A stretch of 59,641 nucleotides of DNA from assembly GCA_045564035.1 (NCBI GenBank), contig JBJLIA010000034.1, positions 1-59,641 on the forward strand, in the 5' to 3' direction. A program made the translations under genes and the position numbers. Below the pieces are notes generated by a model. That model searched no databases. It was not told the DNA's origin and worked only from the letters and a program-made list of their open reading frames with translations. Shown piece by piece: positions 49,922 through 59,641 of this stretch (the first letter of the stretch is position 1; every line of letters starts with the position of its first letter). The stretch comes from Gammaproteobacteria bacterium (GTDB lineage: Bacteria; Pseudomonadota; Gammaproteobacteria; Magnimaribacterales; D2472).

Positions 49922-52327
49922 TTAAATTACGAAATTAATTAATTTTTCTTTTATATAGATTACCTTTTTTATAGGCTGGTTAGCTAGAATTTTTTTAACA
50001 TTTTTATTTTCCTTAGCTATTATCTCTATTTCAGCTTCTTCACTTTCAACTGAAATATTTTCTTTTCCTCTTACTTTTCCATTCACTTGAATGATTAGTT
50101 GAAACTCTTCTAATTGAAGAAATTCTTCATTAAATATTGGCCAAGAATTTTCAAAATCATCTCCGTCAGACTCTGTGTATTGCCTCCACAAATAAAGACT
50201 TATATGAGGAGTGATTGGAGATAACATTTTCAACGTAAAGTGAATTACCTCATCTAAACAAAATTTTTGTCCTTTAGATGCATCATCAGCCTTAAATGAC
50301 TCAGGCACAGCATTCAATAACTCCATTATTGATGCTATAGCTGTATTAAATGAATTACGTTCTGCGTAATCATGAGAAACCTTTTTAAGGGTTTTATGAC
50401 TTTTCTGACGAAGCCCAAGCTCAAGTTTTGTAAATTCATTTGGCTGTTTTTCGTCAAATTTCTTTCTTTGCGATGCAAGACTCCAGACTCGTTTGAGAAA
50501 TCTGTATGAACCCTCGATTGCTGTATCTGACCATTCAAGAGACTGCTCAGGCGGTGATGTAAACATCATGTAAAGCCTAATTGTGTCTGCTCCATATTGA
50601 TCGATAAATTTTTGTGGATCCACAGTATTGCCTTTTGACTTTGACATTTTGTAACCATCTTTTAATACCATGCCTTGTGTAAGCAGCTTTTTGAAAGGCT
50701 CATCACCATCCACCAGACCGATATCCCTCATTGCTTTATGAAAGAATCTTGAATAAAGAAGATGTAATATTGCGTGCTCAATCCCACCAACATATAAGTC
50801 TACGGGGAGCCAATGCTTTGAATTTTCGTCTAACGCTTGTTCATTATTTTCTGCAGATGTAAATCTTGCGTAGTACCATGATGAATCTACAAAAGTATCA
50901 AAAGTATCGACTTCACGATATTTGCCATCGCCTAGATCAAAAAAATCACTATTTTGGCTCAATGGTTTTGGAGATTCTCCATCTTTTATCTTTGGCAGCT
51001 TAACCGGCAGATCGTTATTCTCTAGAAAAGTAGGGTTGCCATTCTCATAGACAACAGGTATTGGACAACCCCAAAATCTCTGTCTGCTAACTCCCCAGTC
51101 TCTTAGTCTAAAATTCTCAATACTTTTACCAATCTTGTTCTTTTCCAAGTGACTATTAATATTGAGAATTGCTTCATCTGATTTTTGACCAGTAAAATCA
51201 TTAGAGTTAAGCAGTATTCCTTTCTTCGAAGATGGCAATTCATCCGCTTCAATTACTTTCTTAATCTCTATATTATATTTTTGGGCAAACTCATAATCCC
51301 TATCATCGTGAGCGGGAACACCCATCACAACTCCTGTTCCGTAGTCCATCAAAACATAATTTGCAATCCACACATCAAGATTCATATCTATGAATGGATG
51401 CTTAACCTTTAAATTTGTTTTGAACCCTAATTTTTCTGCCTTAGCCATATCAGCTTCAGCCATTTTCGTTGCATTACATTTTTTAATAAATTCATTAATT
51501 TCCGAGTTATCAGTTGCAAGATTTTGAGCTAGTGGATGATTTGGAGAAATAGCTATATAAGTTACGCCATAAATAGTATCTATTCTTGTGGTAAAAGCAG
51601 TTAATTCCTCCTCATTGAGCAAGGAAAACTTTATTTCTGAGCCAAATGACTTACCAATCCAGTTTTTTTGCATAGATTTTACATTTTCTGGCCAGTCCAA
51701 ACTTTCAGCTGATGTCAGCAATTCATCGGCATAATCAGTTATCTTTAAAAACCATTGATCAATTTCTTTTAATTCAACAGTTGCTCCAGATCTCCATCCT
51801 TTTCCATCGATAACTTGTTCATTTGCTAAAACTGTTTCATCAACAGGATCCCAATTAACCAGAGATTTCTTTCTATATACAAGACCTTTTTTATGAAGCA
51901 ATGTAAAAATTTCCTGTTCCCATCTAAAATAATTAGGATCACAGGTTTTCAGTTCTTTTGACCAATCATAACTAAAGCCCAATCTTTTCAACTGTGATTT
52001 CATATTTTCAATGTTTTGTTCAGTCCAGCTTTGTGGATCGACTTTATTTTTAATAGCAGCATTCTCAGCTGGCAAGCCAAATGCGTCCCATCCCATTGGT
52101 TGAAAAACGTTAAAGCCCTGCATTCTCTTAAATCTAGAAATTACATCTCCAATCGTATAATTGCGAACATGACCCATATGCAATTTTCCAGAAGGATATG
52201 GAAACATTGAAAGACAGTAGAACTTTTCTTTTGTTTTTGAGGGCGAAGCCTTATATGAATTGTTTTGCACCCAAGATTCTTGGATTAGATTCTCTACTTC
52301 AGCAGGATTATATTCTTTGCCACTCAT
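49922..52327 (-). CDS. leuS: Leucyl-tRNA synthetase
   Basis: MFPYPSGKLHMGH (HIGH-like), DWGVSRQRFWG and KMSKS. Confidence 0.98.
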   Translation of the reverse strand: MSGKEYNPAEVENLIQESWVQNNSYKASPSKTKEKFYCLSMFPYPSGKLHMGHVRNYTIGDVISRFKRMQGFNVFQPMGWDAFGLPAENAAIKNKVDPQSWTEQNIENMKSQLKRLGFSYDWSKELKTCDPNYFRWEQEIFTLLHKKGLVYRKKSLVNWDPVDETVLANEQVIDGKGWRSGATVELKEIDQWFLKITDYADELLTSAESLDWPENVKSMQKNWIGKSFGSEIKFSLLNEEELTAFTTRIDTIYGVTYIAISPNHPLAQNLATDNSEINEFIKKCNATKMAEADMAKAEKLGFKTNLKVKHPFIDMNLDVWIANYVLMDYGTGVVMGVPAHDDRDYEFAQKYNIEIKKVIEADELPSSKKGILLNSNDFTGQKSDEAILNINSHLEKNKIGKSIENFRLRDWGVSRQRFWGCPIPVVYENGNPTFLENNDLPVKLPKIKDGESPKPLSQNSDFFDLGDGKYREVDTFDTFVDSSWYYARFTSAENNEQALDENSKHWLPVDLYVGGIEHAILHLLYSRFFHKAMRDIGLVDGDEPFKKLLTQGMVLKDGYKMSKSKGNTVDPQKFIDQYGADTIRLYMMFTSPPEQSLEWSDTAIEGSYRFLKRVWSLASQRKKFDEKQPNEFTKLELGLRQKSHKTLKKVSHDYAERNSFNTAIASIMELLNAVPESFKADDASKGQKFCLDEVIHFTLKMLSPITPHISLYLWRQYTESDGDDFENSWPIFNEEFLQLEEFQLIIQVNGKVRGKENISVESEEAEIEIIAKENKNVKKILANQPIKKVIYIKEKLINFVI

Positions 52328-53667
52328 TTTTCTAAAAAAGATCCTTCAAGATAGTTGATATTATGTCTATTCTCACAGAATGTTTGATCTTTTAAGAGTT
52401 TTTGATGCAAAGAGTGATTTGTATTTATGCCATCAACAAAAAATTCATCCAAAGCGCTTAACATTCTTTTTATACATGATTTTCGGGTATTTGCAGTTGT
52501 AATAATTTTTGCAAGCAGGGAATCGTAGTGGGGAGGCACTACATATCCTGAATAGATATGGGAGTCAAATCTTACTCCAAATCCACCAGGCGGATGCATC
52601 TTATTGATAATCCCTGGAGCGGGAACAAAAGTTTCAGGATCTTCAGCATTTATTCTGCACTCTATTGCATGCCCTCGGAATATAATTTCATCTTGATCAA
52701 GGGTTAGCTCCATCCCCAGAGCAATTTTTAATTGAGCTTTAACAATATCGAAGCCAGTAATCATTTCAGAAACAGGATGTTCAACTTGAATTCTGGTATT
52801 CATTTCAATGAAATAAAATTTACCATCTTCATAAAGAAACTCGAGTGTTCCTACTCCAGAATAATTAATTTTTTTACAAAGAGTTAAGCATGCTTTTAAC
52901 ATTTTTTCTAAGGACTTTTGATTTATGTTAAGAGCAGGAGCCTCTTCAATAATTTTTTGGTGTCTTCTCTGCATGCTGCAATCTCTTGTACCAAGATGAA
53001 TAGCATTTCCTTTGCCGTCAGCAACAATCTGGACTTCTACATGACGGGGATTTTGAATAAATTTTTCAAAATATATGGTGTCATTTCCAAAAGCATTTTT
53101 TGCCTCTTGTTTGGTGAGTTGCAATGATGAGATTAACTCAGACTCTTCTTGGACAACTCTCATTCCTCTTCCACCACCTCCTGCAGATGCCTTAATTATT
53201 AAAGGATAGCCGACAGCTGAAGCTATTTTTTTAATTTCATCATCACTTTCAGGAATTTCTCCTTTATAACCTGGCACTATAGGAATATTTGAATCTTCAG
53301 CAAGACCCTTTGCAGTAATTTTATCTCCCATTTGCCGGATAACATTTGAAGAGGGACCGATGAATTTAAACCCACTAGCTTCACATCTTTCAGCAAAATC
53401 TGCATCTTCTGCAAGAAAGCCGTACCCAGGATATATTGCATCTGTATTCGTAAGCTCGGCAGCTGAAAGAATAGCTGGGATATTAAGATAGCTTTCCAAG
53501 GGACTTTCCGGTCCAATGCATACAGTTTCATCTGCTAGCCTTAGATGCTTTAGGTCTTTGTCTCCAGACGAATAAATTGCAACTGTTTCTATGTCAAGCT
53601 CTTTGCAGGCTCTCAGAGCTCGCAGAGCAATCTCTCCTCGATTGGCAATAAGGATTTTTTTAGACAT
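52324..53667 (-). CDS. accC: Acetyl-CoA carboxylase biotin carboxylase
   Basis: ILIANRGEIA, GGGGRGMR, RDCSMQRRHQK and EMNTRIQVEH. Confidence 0.97.
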   Translation of the reverse strand: MSKKILIANRGEIALRALRACKELDIETVAIYSSGDKDLKHLRLADETVCIGPESPLESYLNIPAILSAAELTNTDAIYPGYGFLAEDADFAERCEASGFKFIGPSSNVIRQMGDKITAKGLAEDSNIPIVPGYKGEIPESDDEIKKIASAVGYPLIIKASAGGGGRGMRVVQEESELISSLQLTKQEAKNAFGNDTIYFEKFIQNPRHVEVQIVADGKGNAIHLGTRDCSMQRRHQKIIEEAPALNINQKSLEKMLKACLTLCKKINYSGVGTLEFLYEDGKFYFIEMNTRIQVEHPVSEMITGFDIVKAQLKIALGMELTLDQDEIIFRGHAIECRINAEDPETFVPAPGIINKMHPPGGFGVRFDSHIYSGYVVPPHYDSLLAKIITTANTRKSCIKRMLSALDEFFVDGINTNHSLHQKLLKDQTFCENRHNINYLEGSFLEK

Positions 53668-54098
53668 TAATCTATAACAATTAAAGATTGATCAAATTCA
53701 ACAGGTTGACCGTCTTCAATATTAATAGCCGAAACCTTGCCAGTAAATTCTGATTTGATCTCATTCATCATTTTCATTGCTTCAACTATGCACACAACGT
53801 CCCCAGCATTTACCTGACTGCCAATTTCAACAAAAGGAGGCTGATCAGGACCTGGCTTTCTATAAAAAGTTCCAACAATGGGAGATTTGATTGAGGAGCC
53901 TGATGCATTGTCTAATACTTCGTTATTTTCTGATTGAGCATTAAGTGAATCAGCCGTGATGAAAGAAGATTTAACTTCTAGCGGTTGAGCATTCCCTCGG
54001 ACAATTCTTACTGACTCTTCGCCTTCTTTAACTTCAATTTCGTTGAGATCAGAGTCTTGCAGCATTTCTATTAATTTTTTAATTTTTCTAATATCCAT
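53667..54098 (-). CDS. accB: Biotin carboxyl carrier protein
   Basis: MDIRKIKKLIE and EAMKMMNEI biotinylation motif. Confidence 0.97.
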   Translation of the reverse strand: MDIRKIKKLIEMLQDSDLNEIEVKEGEESVRIVRGNAQPLEVKSSFITADSLNAQSENNEVLDNASGSSIKSPIVGTFYRKPGPDQPPFVEIGSQVNAGDVVCIVEAMKMMNEIKSEFTGKVSAINIEDGQPVEFDQSLIVID

Positions 54099-54538
54099 TA
54101 TTTCTTATCCTTATATTCATCAAGGATATGCCTAAGAGCTAAGTCATATCCTTGTGTCCCAAGCCCGCAAATAACTCCATTCGCAATATCAGAAAAATAG
54201 GATTTATGTCTAAACTCTTCCCTAGAAAAGATATTGGATATATGAACTTCATAAAACGGAATCCCAATGCCAAGAAGGGAATCTCTAATTGCAATGCTAG
54301 TATGGGTCAGTGCTCCAGGATTTATTATTATGAAATCTATTTGATTCATTGAATCTTGAAGTTTGGTAACAATTTCATGCTCGGCATTACTTTGAAAGGC
54401 TTCTATTTGAATATTGTTAGAGCTTGCCCTTTTTTCCAAACCTTCGTTAATTTCTTCCATTGTTACTGAGCCATAAACCTCAGGCTCTCTAATACCAAGT
54501 AGATTTAAATTAGGACCATGTATTACTAATATTTTCAT
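54098..54538 (-). CDS. aroQ: Type II 3-dehydroquinate dehydratase
   Basis: HGPNLNLLG.REP.VYG, INPGALTHTS and EVHISN. Confidence 0.97.
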   Translation of the reverse strand: MKILVIHGPNLNLLGIREPEVYGSVTMEEINEGLEKRASSNNIQIEAFQSNAEHEIVTKLQDSMNQIDFIIINPGALTHTSIAIRDSLLGIGIPFYEVHISNIFSREEFRHKSYFSDIANGVICGLGTQGYDLALRHILDEYKDKK

Positions 54539-54580
54539 TTTTATTGATTTTATAATGTTTTTTACAGAAATTAAACGATT

Positions 54581-54994
54581 TTAAAGACTTTTAAGGATTT
54601 TTGGATAACAGTACTTACCTTCAGCACACCCTTGATAAATAACCTCAATGCTCTGAGGTTTGCCTAGATTAACATGTAAAAGCTCAGCTTCAACCTTTAG
54701 AACATCCTTAAAAATAATTGAGTCTCCAAAAAATTCATCAGAAATTTTAGATTCATTCTTGATAATGTGATTGTGTTCAAGAATATCATCACCAGCCTTA
54801 ACTACAATTGACTTTTTATACAGGTAATATCCAGGTTTAATATCCCATGATACAAATATTTTATTTTCTAAAATCAGTGAACTTAAAACGAAGGCTTCAT
54901 CAGCATTTAAAATATCCTTTTGTGAAAATTGGACATTGCTAAATATAAATCCGGATAGAAAAACAAACGAGTATAATAAATATCTAGAATTCAT
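54581..54994 (-). CDS. Stand-alone DsbD N-terminal (alpha) domain protein
   Basis: Signal peptide, ADEAF, WDIKPGYYLYK, DEFFG and YQGCAEGKYCYP; ends right after the domain. Confidence 0.85.
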   Translation of the reverse strand: MNSRYLLYSFVFLSGFIFSNVQFSQKDILNADEAFVLSSLILENKIFVSWDIKPGYYLYKKSIVVKAGDDILEHNHIIKNESKISDEFFGDSIIFKDVLKVEAELLHVNLGKPQSIEVIYQGCAEGKYCYPKILKSL

Positions 54995-55015
54995 TAACGC
55001 ATTATAAAAGAAACC
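54995..55015. promoter_or_regulatory. Putative bidirectional leaderless promoter (DsbD-alpha / esterase)
   Basis: 21-nt spacer. Minus-strand TATAAT (55001-55006) lies 6 nt before ATG 54994; plus-strand TATAAA (55003-55008) lies 7 nt before ATG 55016. Confidence 0.6.
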
Positions 55016-56047
55016 ATGGCCATTAAATTATTTTTAAAAATTTTCTTTTCAATCCCAGTTTGGTTGTTAAAATGCCTTACTTTTCAGAAAAGTATTGTCA
55101 TTAATAATCAAATTCTAGATTTTCAAACCCAAGTCTTTTTATGGCTGCAATCTTCGCAACCGAATCCTTTTGATGATTTAGATTCACTTAATTCTGCTAA
55201 AGATTTGAGAAACAAAATAGAAGGTAGCAGAGAAGATCTTTATCAGCTTTTAAATTCAAAGCCGCAGGAAGCTATTAAAGTTACAGATCATTTGTTACCA
55301 AGTGATTTTGGGAAGCTGAAATTAAGGGAGTATTGCCCTGATAAAGTTTTAATAAGTTCCCCAATTCTATATTTTCATGGCGGTGGTTATGTCATAGGCA
55401 GCATCAATACTCATGATGCATGGTTGAAGTTCTTTTCAGCATATATGGGAGTAAAGATTTTTTCACTTGAATACAGATTGGCACCAGAGAATAAATTTCC
55501 TTCCTCGCTTGTTGATTCAAACATAGCCCTCGAATGGCTAAGTGATAAATTGAATTTACGCATAGGAGATATCAGCGTTTGTGGTGACAGCGCTGGGGCA
55601 CACTTGGCAGCTTCTCTTTCAACGTATAGAGCTATCAATAATTTAGAATTACCTTTGTCACAATGTCTTATTTACCCAATGACAGATCCATTGTGCAATT
55701 CTAAATCACATGATGATTTTGCAGATGGATTTATGTTAAGCCAAAAAGCGATGATTTGGTTTTGGGAACAATTAATGAGTTCAAGAGATAATCTTAATAA
55801 CCCAGTATTTAACTTAACTATTGATCCAAACAAAACTCTTCCAAAAACCTTAATAATTACAGCAGGTTTTGATCCCCTTGGTGATGAAGGAGAAGCATAT
55901 GCCAGGCTTCTTGATAATACTGGAAATGAAGTACAGCAAATTCATTATCCCCATCTAATTCATGGTTTTGTAAATATGACTGCTTTGAACGCTGCAAAAG
56001 ATGCAACTAAAGATTTACTTAAAACATACAAAAAATTTTTAAAATAA
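55016..56047 (+). CDS. HSL-family (family IV) esterase/lipase
   Basis: FHGGG, YRLAPE, GDSAG, FDPL and HGF. Confidence 0.92.
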   Translation: MAIKLFLKIFFSIPVWLLKCLTFQKSIVINNQILDFQTQVFLWLQSSQPNPFDDLDSLNSAKDLRNKIEGSREDLYQLLNSKPQEAIKVTDHLLPSDFGKLKLREYCPDKVLISSPILYFHGGGYVIGSINTHDAWLKFFSAYMGVKIFSLEYRLAPENKFPSSLVDSNIALEWLSDKLNLRIGDISVCGDSAGAHLAASLSTYRAINNLELPLSQCLIYPMTDPLCNSKSHDDFADGFMLSQKAMIWFWEQLMSSRDNLNNPVFNLTIDPNKTLPKTLIITAGFDPLGDEGEAYARLLDNTGNEVQQIHYPHLIHGFVNMTALNAAKDATKDLLKTYKKFLK

Positions 56048-57645
56048 TGAAATCATTACTTCAAATTTCTAATTTATCTATTAATTTTCAAGTAAGAAAA
56101 GCTGAGTTTTGTGCTGTGAAGAATTTAGACCTAGAAATTAAAGAGAATCAGATCGCTGGCCTTGTTGGAGAATCTGGGTCAGGTAAATCTGTCACGGCAA
56201 TGTCTATCATGCGATTGCTTCCTGAGCCAAAGGCATCATTCGGCGATCAGTCCTCAATCAAATTTGATGGAGAGGAAATCCTCAGCGCTGATAAGAACAC
56301 CTTAAGAAAGATTAGAGGAAATAAAATTTCAATGATTTTCCAAGAACCTATGACCTCATTGAATCCATATCATAGAGTTGGCGATCAAATAGTTGAATCG
56401 ATCCTATTGCATGAGAAACAAGTTAAATCTGCAGCTATATTAGAGGCAAAAAATCTGATGAATCTCGTTGAAATTCCTGAGGTTGAAAGAAGATTTTCTT
56501 CATATCCCCATGAGCTTTCAGGTGGTCAGCGACAAAGAATTATGATTGCAATGGCGTTGGCTAATAAACCTAAATTACTCATTGCAGATGAGCCAACAAC
56601 TGCACTTGATGTAACTATACAGGCTCAAATTCTTGATCTAATGACAAAGTTAAAGGATGAAGTAGGAATGTCTATATTATTCATTACCCATGATTTAGGA
56701 TTGATTGAGAAATTTTCAGACACTATCACAGTTATGCAGGAGGGAGTTGTTGTAGAACAAGGAGATACAAAAGCAGTATTTTCAAATCCACAGCATGCAT
56801 ATACAAAAAAACTCATCAATTCAGAGCCATCAATTAAGCAAGAGCTTTTAAATGAAGAGCCTCCTTTGATTGCAGTCAAGGATCTAAATATTTTTTATCC
56901 TTTACCAAATAAAACATTTTTTAAAAAAGAATTTTTTCATGCAGTGAAAGATGTAAACTTTTCGATCCCCAGAAAATCAACAATAGGATTAGTTGGAGAA
57001 TCCGGATCCGGCAAATCAACTTTGGGTAAAGCCCTTGCTGGACTAATTAATTATGAAGGCTCAGTTCTTTATGGTGGTTTAGATATTGCTCAATTAAGTT
57101 CAAAGGAATCTAAGTCAATTAAAAAAGATATTCAGATCGTGTTTCAAGATCCTTATGGCTCTCTTTCGCCTCGAATGACTGTAGGTGAAATAGTTGGTGA
57201 AGGCTTAGATGTGCATTTTGATCTTAATACAAAACAAAAAGACGAACGCATTGCAGATTGTCTTAAGGCAGTCGAGATCAATCCAGATAATAGATTTAAA
57301 TATCCACACGAGTTTTCTGGTGGACAGAGGCAGCGAGTTGCGATTGCAAGGTCGCTAATTTTAAACCCCTCATTTATGATTTTAGATGAACCTACTTCCG
57401 CCCTAGATAGATCGATTCAAATTCAGGTTATTGAGCTCTTAAAAAATATTCAGACAGAGTATGAATTAACATATTTATTTATTAGCCATGATCTCAAGGT
57501 AGTTAGATCAATGTCAGACTATATATTTGTGATGCAAAATGGACTCATCGTCGAATCAGGCCCTGCTAAACAAGTTTTCTCAAGCCCAGAAGAAGACTAT
57601 ACTGATAAACTTCTTAATGCCGCATTACGTTATTCCACCGTTTAA
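56047..57645 (+). CDS. Dual-ATPase peptide ABC transporter ATP-binding protein (YejF-like)
   Basis: Two GESGSGKS Walker A motifs, two SGGQRQR signatures and DEPT Walker B motifs. Confidence 0.9.
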   Translation: MKSLLQISNLSINFQVRKAEFCAVKNLDLEIKENQIAGLVGESGSGKSVTAMSIMRLLPEPKASFGDQSSIKFDGEEILSADKNTLRKIRGNKISMIFQEPMTSLNPYHRVGDQIVESILLHEKQVKSAAILEAKNLMNLVEIPEVERRFSSYPHELSGGQRQRIMIAMALANKPKLLIADEPTTALDVTIQAQILDLMTKLKDEVGMSILFITHDLGLIEKFSDTITVMQEGVVVEQGDTKAVFSNPQHAYTKKLINSEPSIKQELLNEEPPLIAVKDLNIFYPLPNKTFFKKEFFHAVKDVNFSIPRKSTIGLVGESGSGKSTLGKALAGLINYEGSVLYGGLDIAQLSSKESKSIKKDIQIVFQDPYGSLSPRMTVGEIVGEGLDVHFDLNTKQKDERIADCLKAVEINPDNRFKYPHEFSGGQRQRVAIARSLILNPSFMILDEPTSALDRSIQIQVIELLKNIQTEYELTYLFISHDLKVVRSMSDYIFVMQNGLIVESGPAKQVFSSPEEDYTDKLLNAALRYSTV

Positions 57646-57647
57646 TT

Positions 57648-59309
57648 ATGTCAAATAGAAAATTTTCAAAGAATCTTGTGGATGGGCCTCTTCAGGCCGC
57701 TTCTCGATCTATGCTTAGAGGGGTTGGTTTTGAAACGGCTGATTTCTCAAAGCCATTAGTTGGCATAGCTTCAACTTGGTCAAAAGTAACTCCTTGTAAT
57801 ATGCATATAAATGAATTGGCAGAACTGGTAGAAGGGTCTATCGATGCTTCCGATTGCAAGGGAGTTCTTTTTAACACTATTACAGTTTCAGATGGTATAT
57901 CCATGGGAACCCAAGGAATGAAATATTCATTGGTTTCAAGAGAGGTAATAGCAGACTCTATTGAGACTGTTGTGGGGTGTTTAGGCTACGATGGAGTGGT
58001 GGCGATTGGCGGGTGTGATAAGAATATGCCAGGAGCTTTAATAGGCTTGGCAAGATTAAATAGACCTTCAATATTTATTTATGGTGGCTCTATTCAACCA
58101 AGTTCTATAAATACCGATTATGTTACTGTTTGTGAAAAAGTTGGTGAATATGCAAAAGGCAGTATCAGTGAGGAAGATTTGATAGCAGTTGAGAAAGTTT
58201 CAGTCAAAGGTCCTGGATCCTGTGGGGGCATGTATACCGCTAATACTATGGCATCAAGCATCGAAGCTCTTGGGATGAGTTTGCCAGGAAGCAGCAGTCA
58301 AGATGCAGTGTCCAATGACAAAAAACAAGATTGTCAGGATGCTGGAGCTGCCATTAAAAACTTGTTAGACCTTGATATAAAGCCAAGCGATATCATGACA
58401 AAAAAGGCCTTTGAGAATTCAATAGCAGTTGTTATTGCCTTAGGGGGCTCAACAAATGCTGTGTTGCATCTGCTTGCTATGGCTCACTCTATCGGTGTTG
58501 ATCTTGATCTAGATGATTTTACGCGCATTGGAAAAGTCACTCCTGTGTTGGCAGACATCAAACCTTTCGGAGTCCACTTTATGTCTGAGCTTAACGCAAT
58601 TGGTGGAATTGCCCCTATGATGAAGTTGATGCTTGGAAATGGACTGCTGCATGGAGATTGCCTTACTGTTACCGGAAAAACCTTAGAAGAAAACCTTCAA
58701 GAAGTGTTGCCATATCCTGACGGCCAAAAGATTATCCTACCCTTTTCTAAACCAGTTAAAGATTCCAGCCATTTAAGAGTACTTTATGGAAACTTAGCTC
58801 CAGAAGGAGCAGTAGCAAAAATTACTGGCAAAGAGGGAACTTTATTTACAGGCAACGCAAAGGTTTTTAATTCTGAGGAAGATGGCATGGCAGCGATTCT
58901 TGAGAAAAAAATTACAGAGGGTGACGTTGTTGTGATTAGATTCGAGGGTCCTCAAGGCGGTCCAGGAATGAGAGAAATGCTTAAGCCTACTTCTGCAATT
59001 ATGGGGCAAGGCTTAGGAGACAAAGTTGCTTTCATCACTGATGGTAGATTCTCTGGTGGGACCCATGGATTTGTGGTTGGACATATCAGTCCTGAGGCAG
59101 AGATGGGTGGTCCTATTGCACTGATTCAAGATGGGGATGAAATTACAATTGATGCTAATGCAGATATTTTATCTCTTAATATTAGTGACGAAGAAATGAA
59201 AAAAAGATCAGAAAGCTGGAAAAACCCAAATTCGTCCCCAAAAAGTGGTGTGTTGGCTAAATACAAAAAAACGGTCCAGTCAGCATCAAAAGGCGCTATC
59301 ACTGATTAA
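57648..59309 (+). CDS. ilvD: Dihydroxy-acid dehydratase
   Basis: [29 protein letters not shown] and TDGRFSGG. Confidence 0.97.
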   Translation: MSNRKFSKNLVDGPLQAASRSMLRGVGFETADFSKPLVGIASTWSKVTPCNMHINELAELVEGSIDASDCKGVLFNTITVSDGISMGTQGMKYSLVSREVIADSIETVVGCLGYDGVVAIGGCDKNMPGALIGLARLNRPSIFIYGGSIQPSSINTDYVTVCEKVGEYAKGSISEEDLIAVEKVSVKGPGSCGGMYTANTMASSIEALGMSLPGSSSQDAVSNDKKQDCQDAGAAIKNLLDLDIKPSDIMTKKAFENSIAVVIALGGSTNAVLHLLAMAHSIGVDLDLDDFTRIGKVTPVLADIKPFGVHFMSELNAIGGIAPMMKLMLGNGLLHGDCLTVTGKTLEENLQEVLPYPDGQKIILPFSKPVKDSSHLRVLYGNLAPEGAVAKITGKEGTLFTGNAKVFNSEEDGMAAILEKKITEGDVVVIRFEGPQGGPGMREMLKPTSAIMGQGLGDKVAFITDGRFSGGTHGFVVGHISPEAEMGGPIALIQDGDEITIDANADILSLNISDEEMKKRSESWKNPNSSPKSGVLAKYKKTVQSASKGAITD

Positions 59310-59314
59310 TTTTT

Positions 59315-59641
59315 ATGATTAAAAGAACATACCCCCAATCAAGACTTCGAAGAACACGCTCAAAAAGCTTCCTAAGAGATCTTGTTGCTGAAAATCATTT
59401 AAGTACCAATGACTTGATTCAGCCAATTTTCATTGCAGATCAATCAGAGCTGAAAGTTGAAATACCTTCTATGCCTGGAATATTTAGGCACAACCTAGAA
59501 TCACTTTATGTTGAAACCGAGGAACTAGTCAAAAAAGGTATAAAATCTGTTGCTATCTTCCCAGCGATTGACTCAAATAAAAAAGATCAAAAAGGCTCAC
59601 ATGCTTTTGATGAAAACAATATAGTATGCATGGCATTAAGA
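59315..59641 (+). CDS. hemB: Porphobilinogen synthase, N-terminal part (runs off window)
   Basis: Not in the ORF track; my translation gives MIKRTYPQSRLRRTR...LVAENHLSTNDLIQPIFI...IPSMPGIFR. Confidence 0.92.
   Translation, partial: MIKRTYPQSRLRRTRSKSFLRDLVAENHLSTNDLIQPIFIADQSELKVEIPSMPGIFRHNLESLYVETEELVKKGIKSVAIFPAIDSNKKDQKGSHAFDENNIVCMALR

Overview
AT-rich (roughly one-third GC by eye), gene-dense 59.6 kb chromosomal segment from a streamlined marine gammaproteobacterium. SAR86-like is my inference from gene content, tiny or overlapping spacers and low GC. It holds about 57 CDS, a stand-alone tRNA-Ala(UGC) and a probable divergent 6S RNA. I saw no transposase, integrase, prophage or CRISPR array. 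The right half is mostly core genome: parEC, argD, pfp, mpl, rsfS-rlmH-mrdA-rodA-mltB-dacA-dat, leuS-lptE-holA, aroQ-accB-accC, ilvD and hemB. The left half is more accessory and metabolic. Best candidate for an undescribed system: a coupled operon of a diiron ferritin-like enzyme, an exported parallel beta-helix protein and an exported diheme c-cytochrome, preceded by a 19-bp palindrome with perfect 9-bp arms that recurs (17/19) at the tolC promoter 21 kb away. Other highlights: apparent leaderless and bidirectional promoters, a stand-alone DsbD alpha domain, an MltB with an internal LysM, an unknown gene inserted in leuS-lptE-holA, CobST without CobN, and a Gfo/Idh/MocA-AKR fusion in a glycoside cluster. 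All family calls come from motif recognition; no database searches were run.
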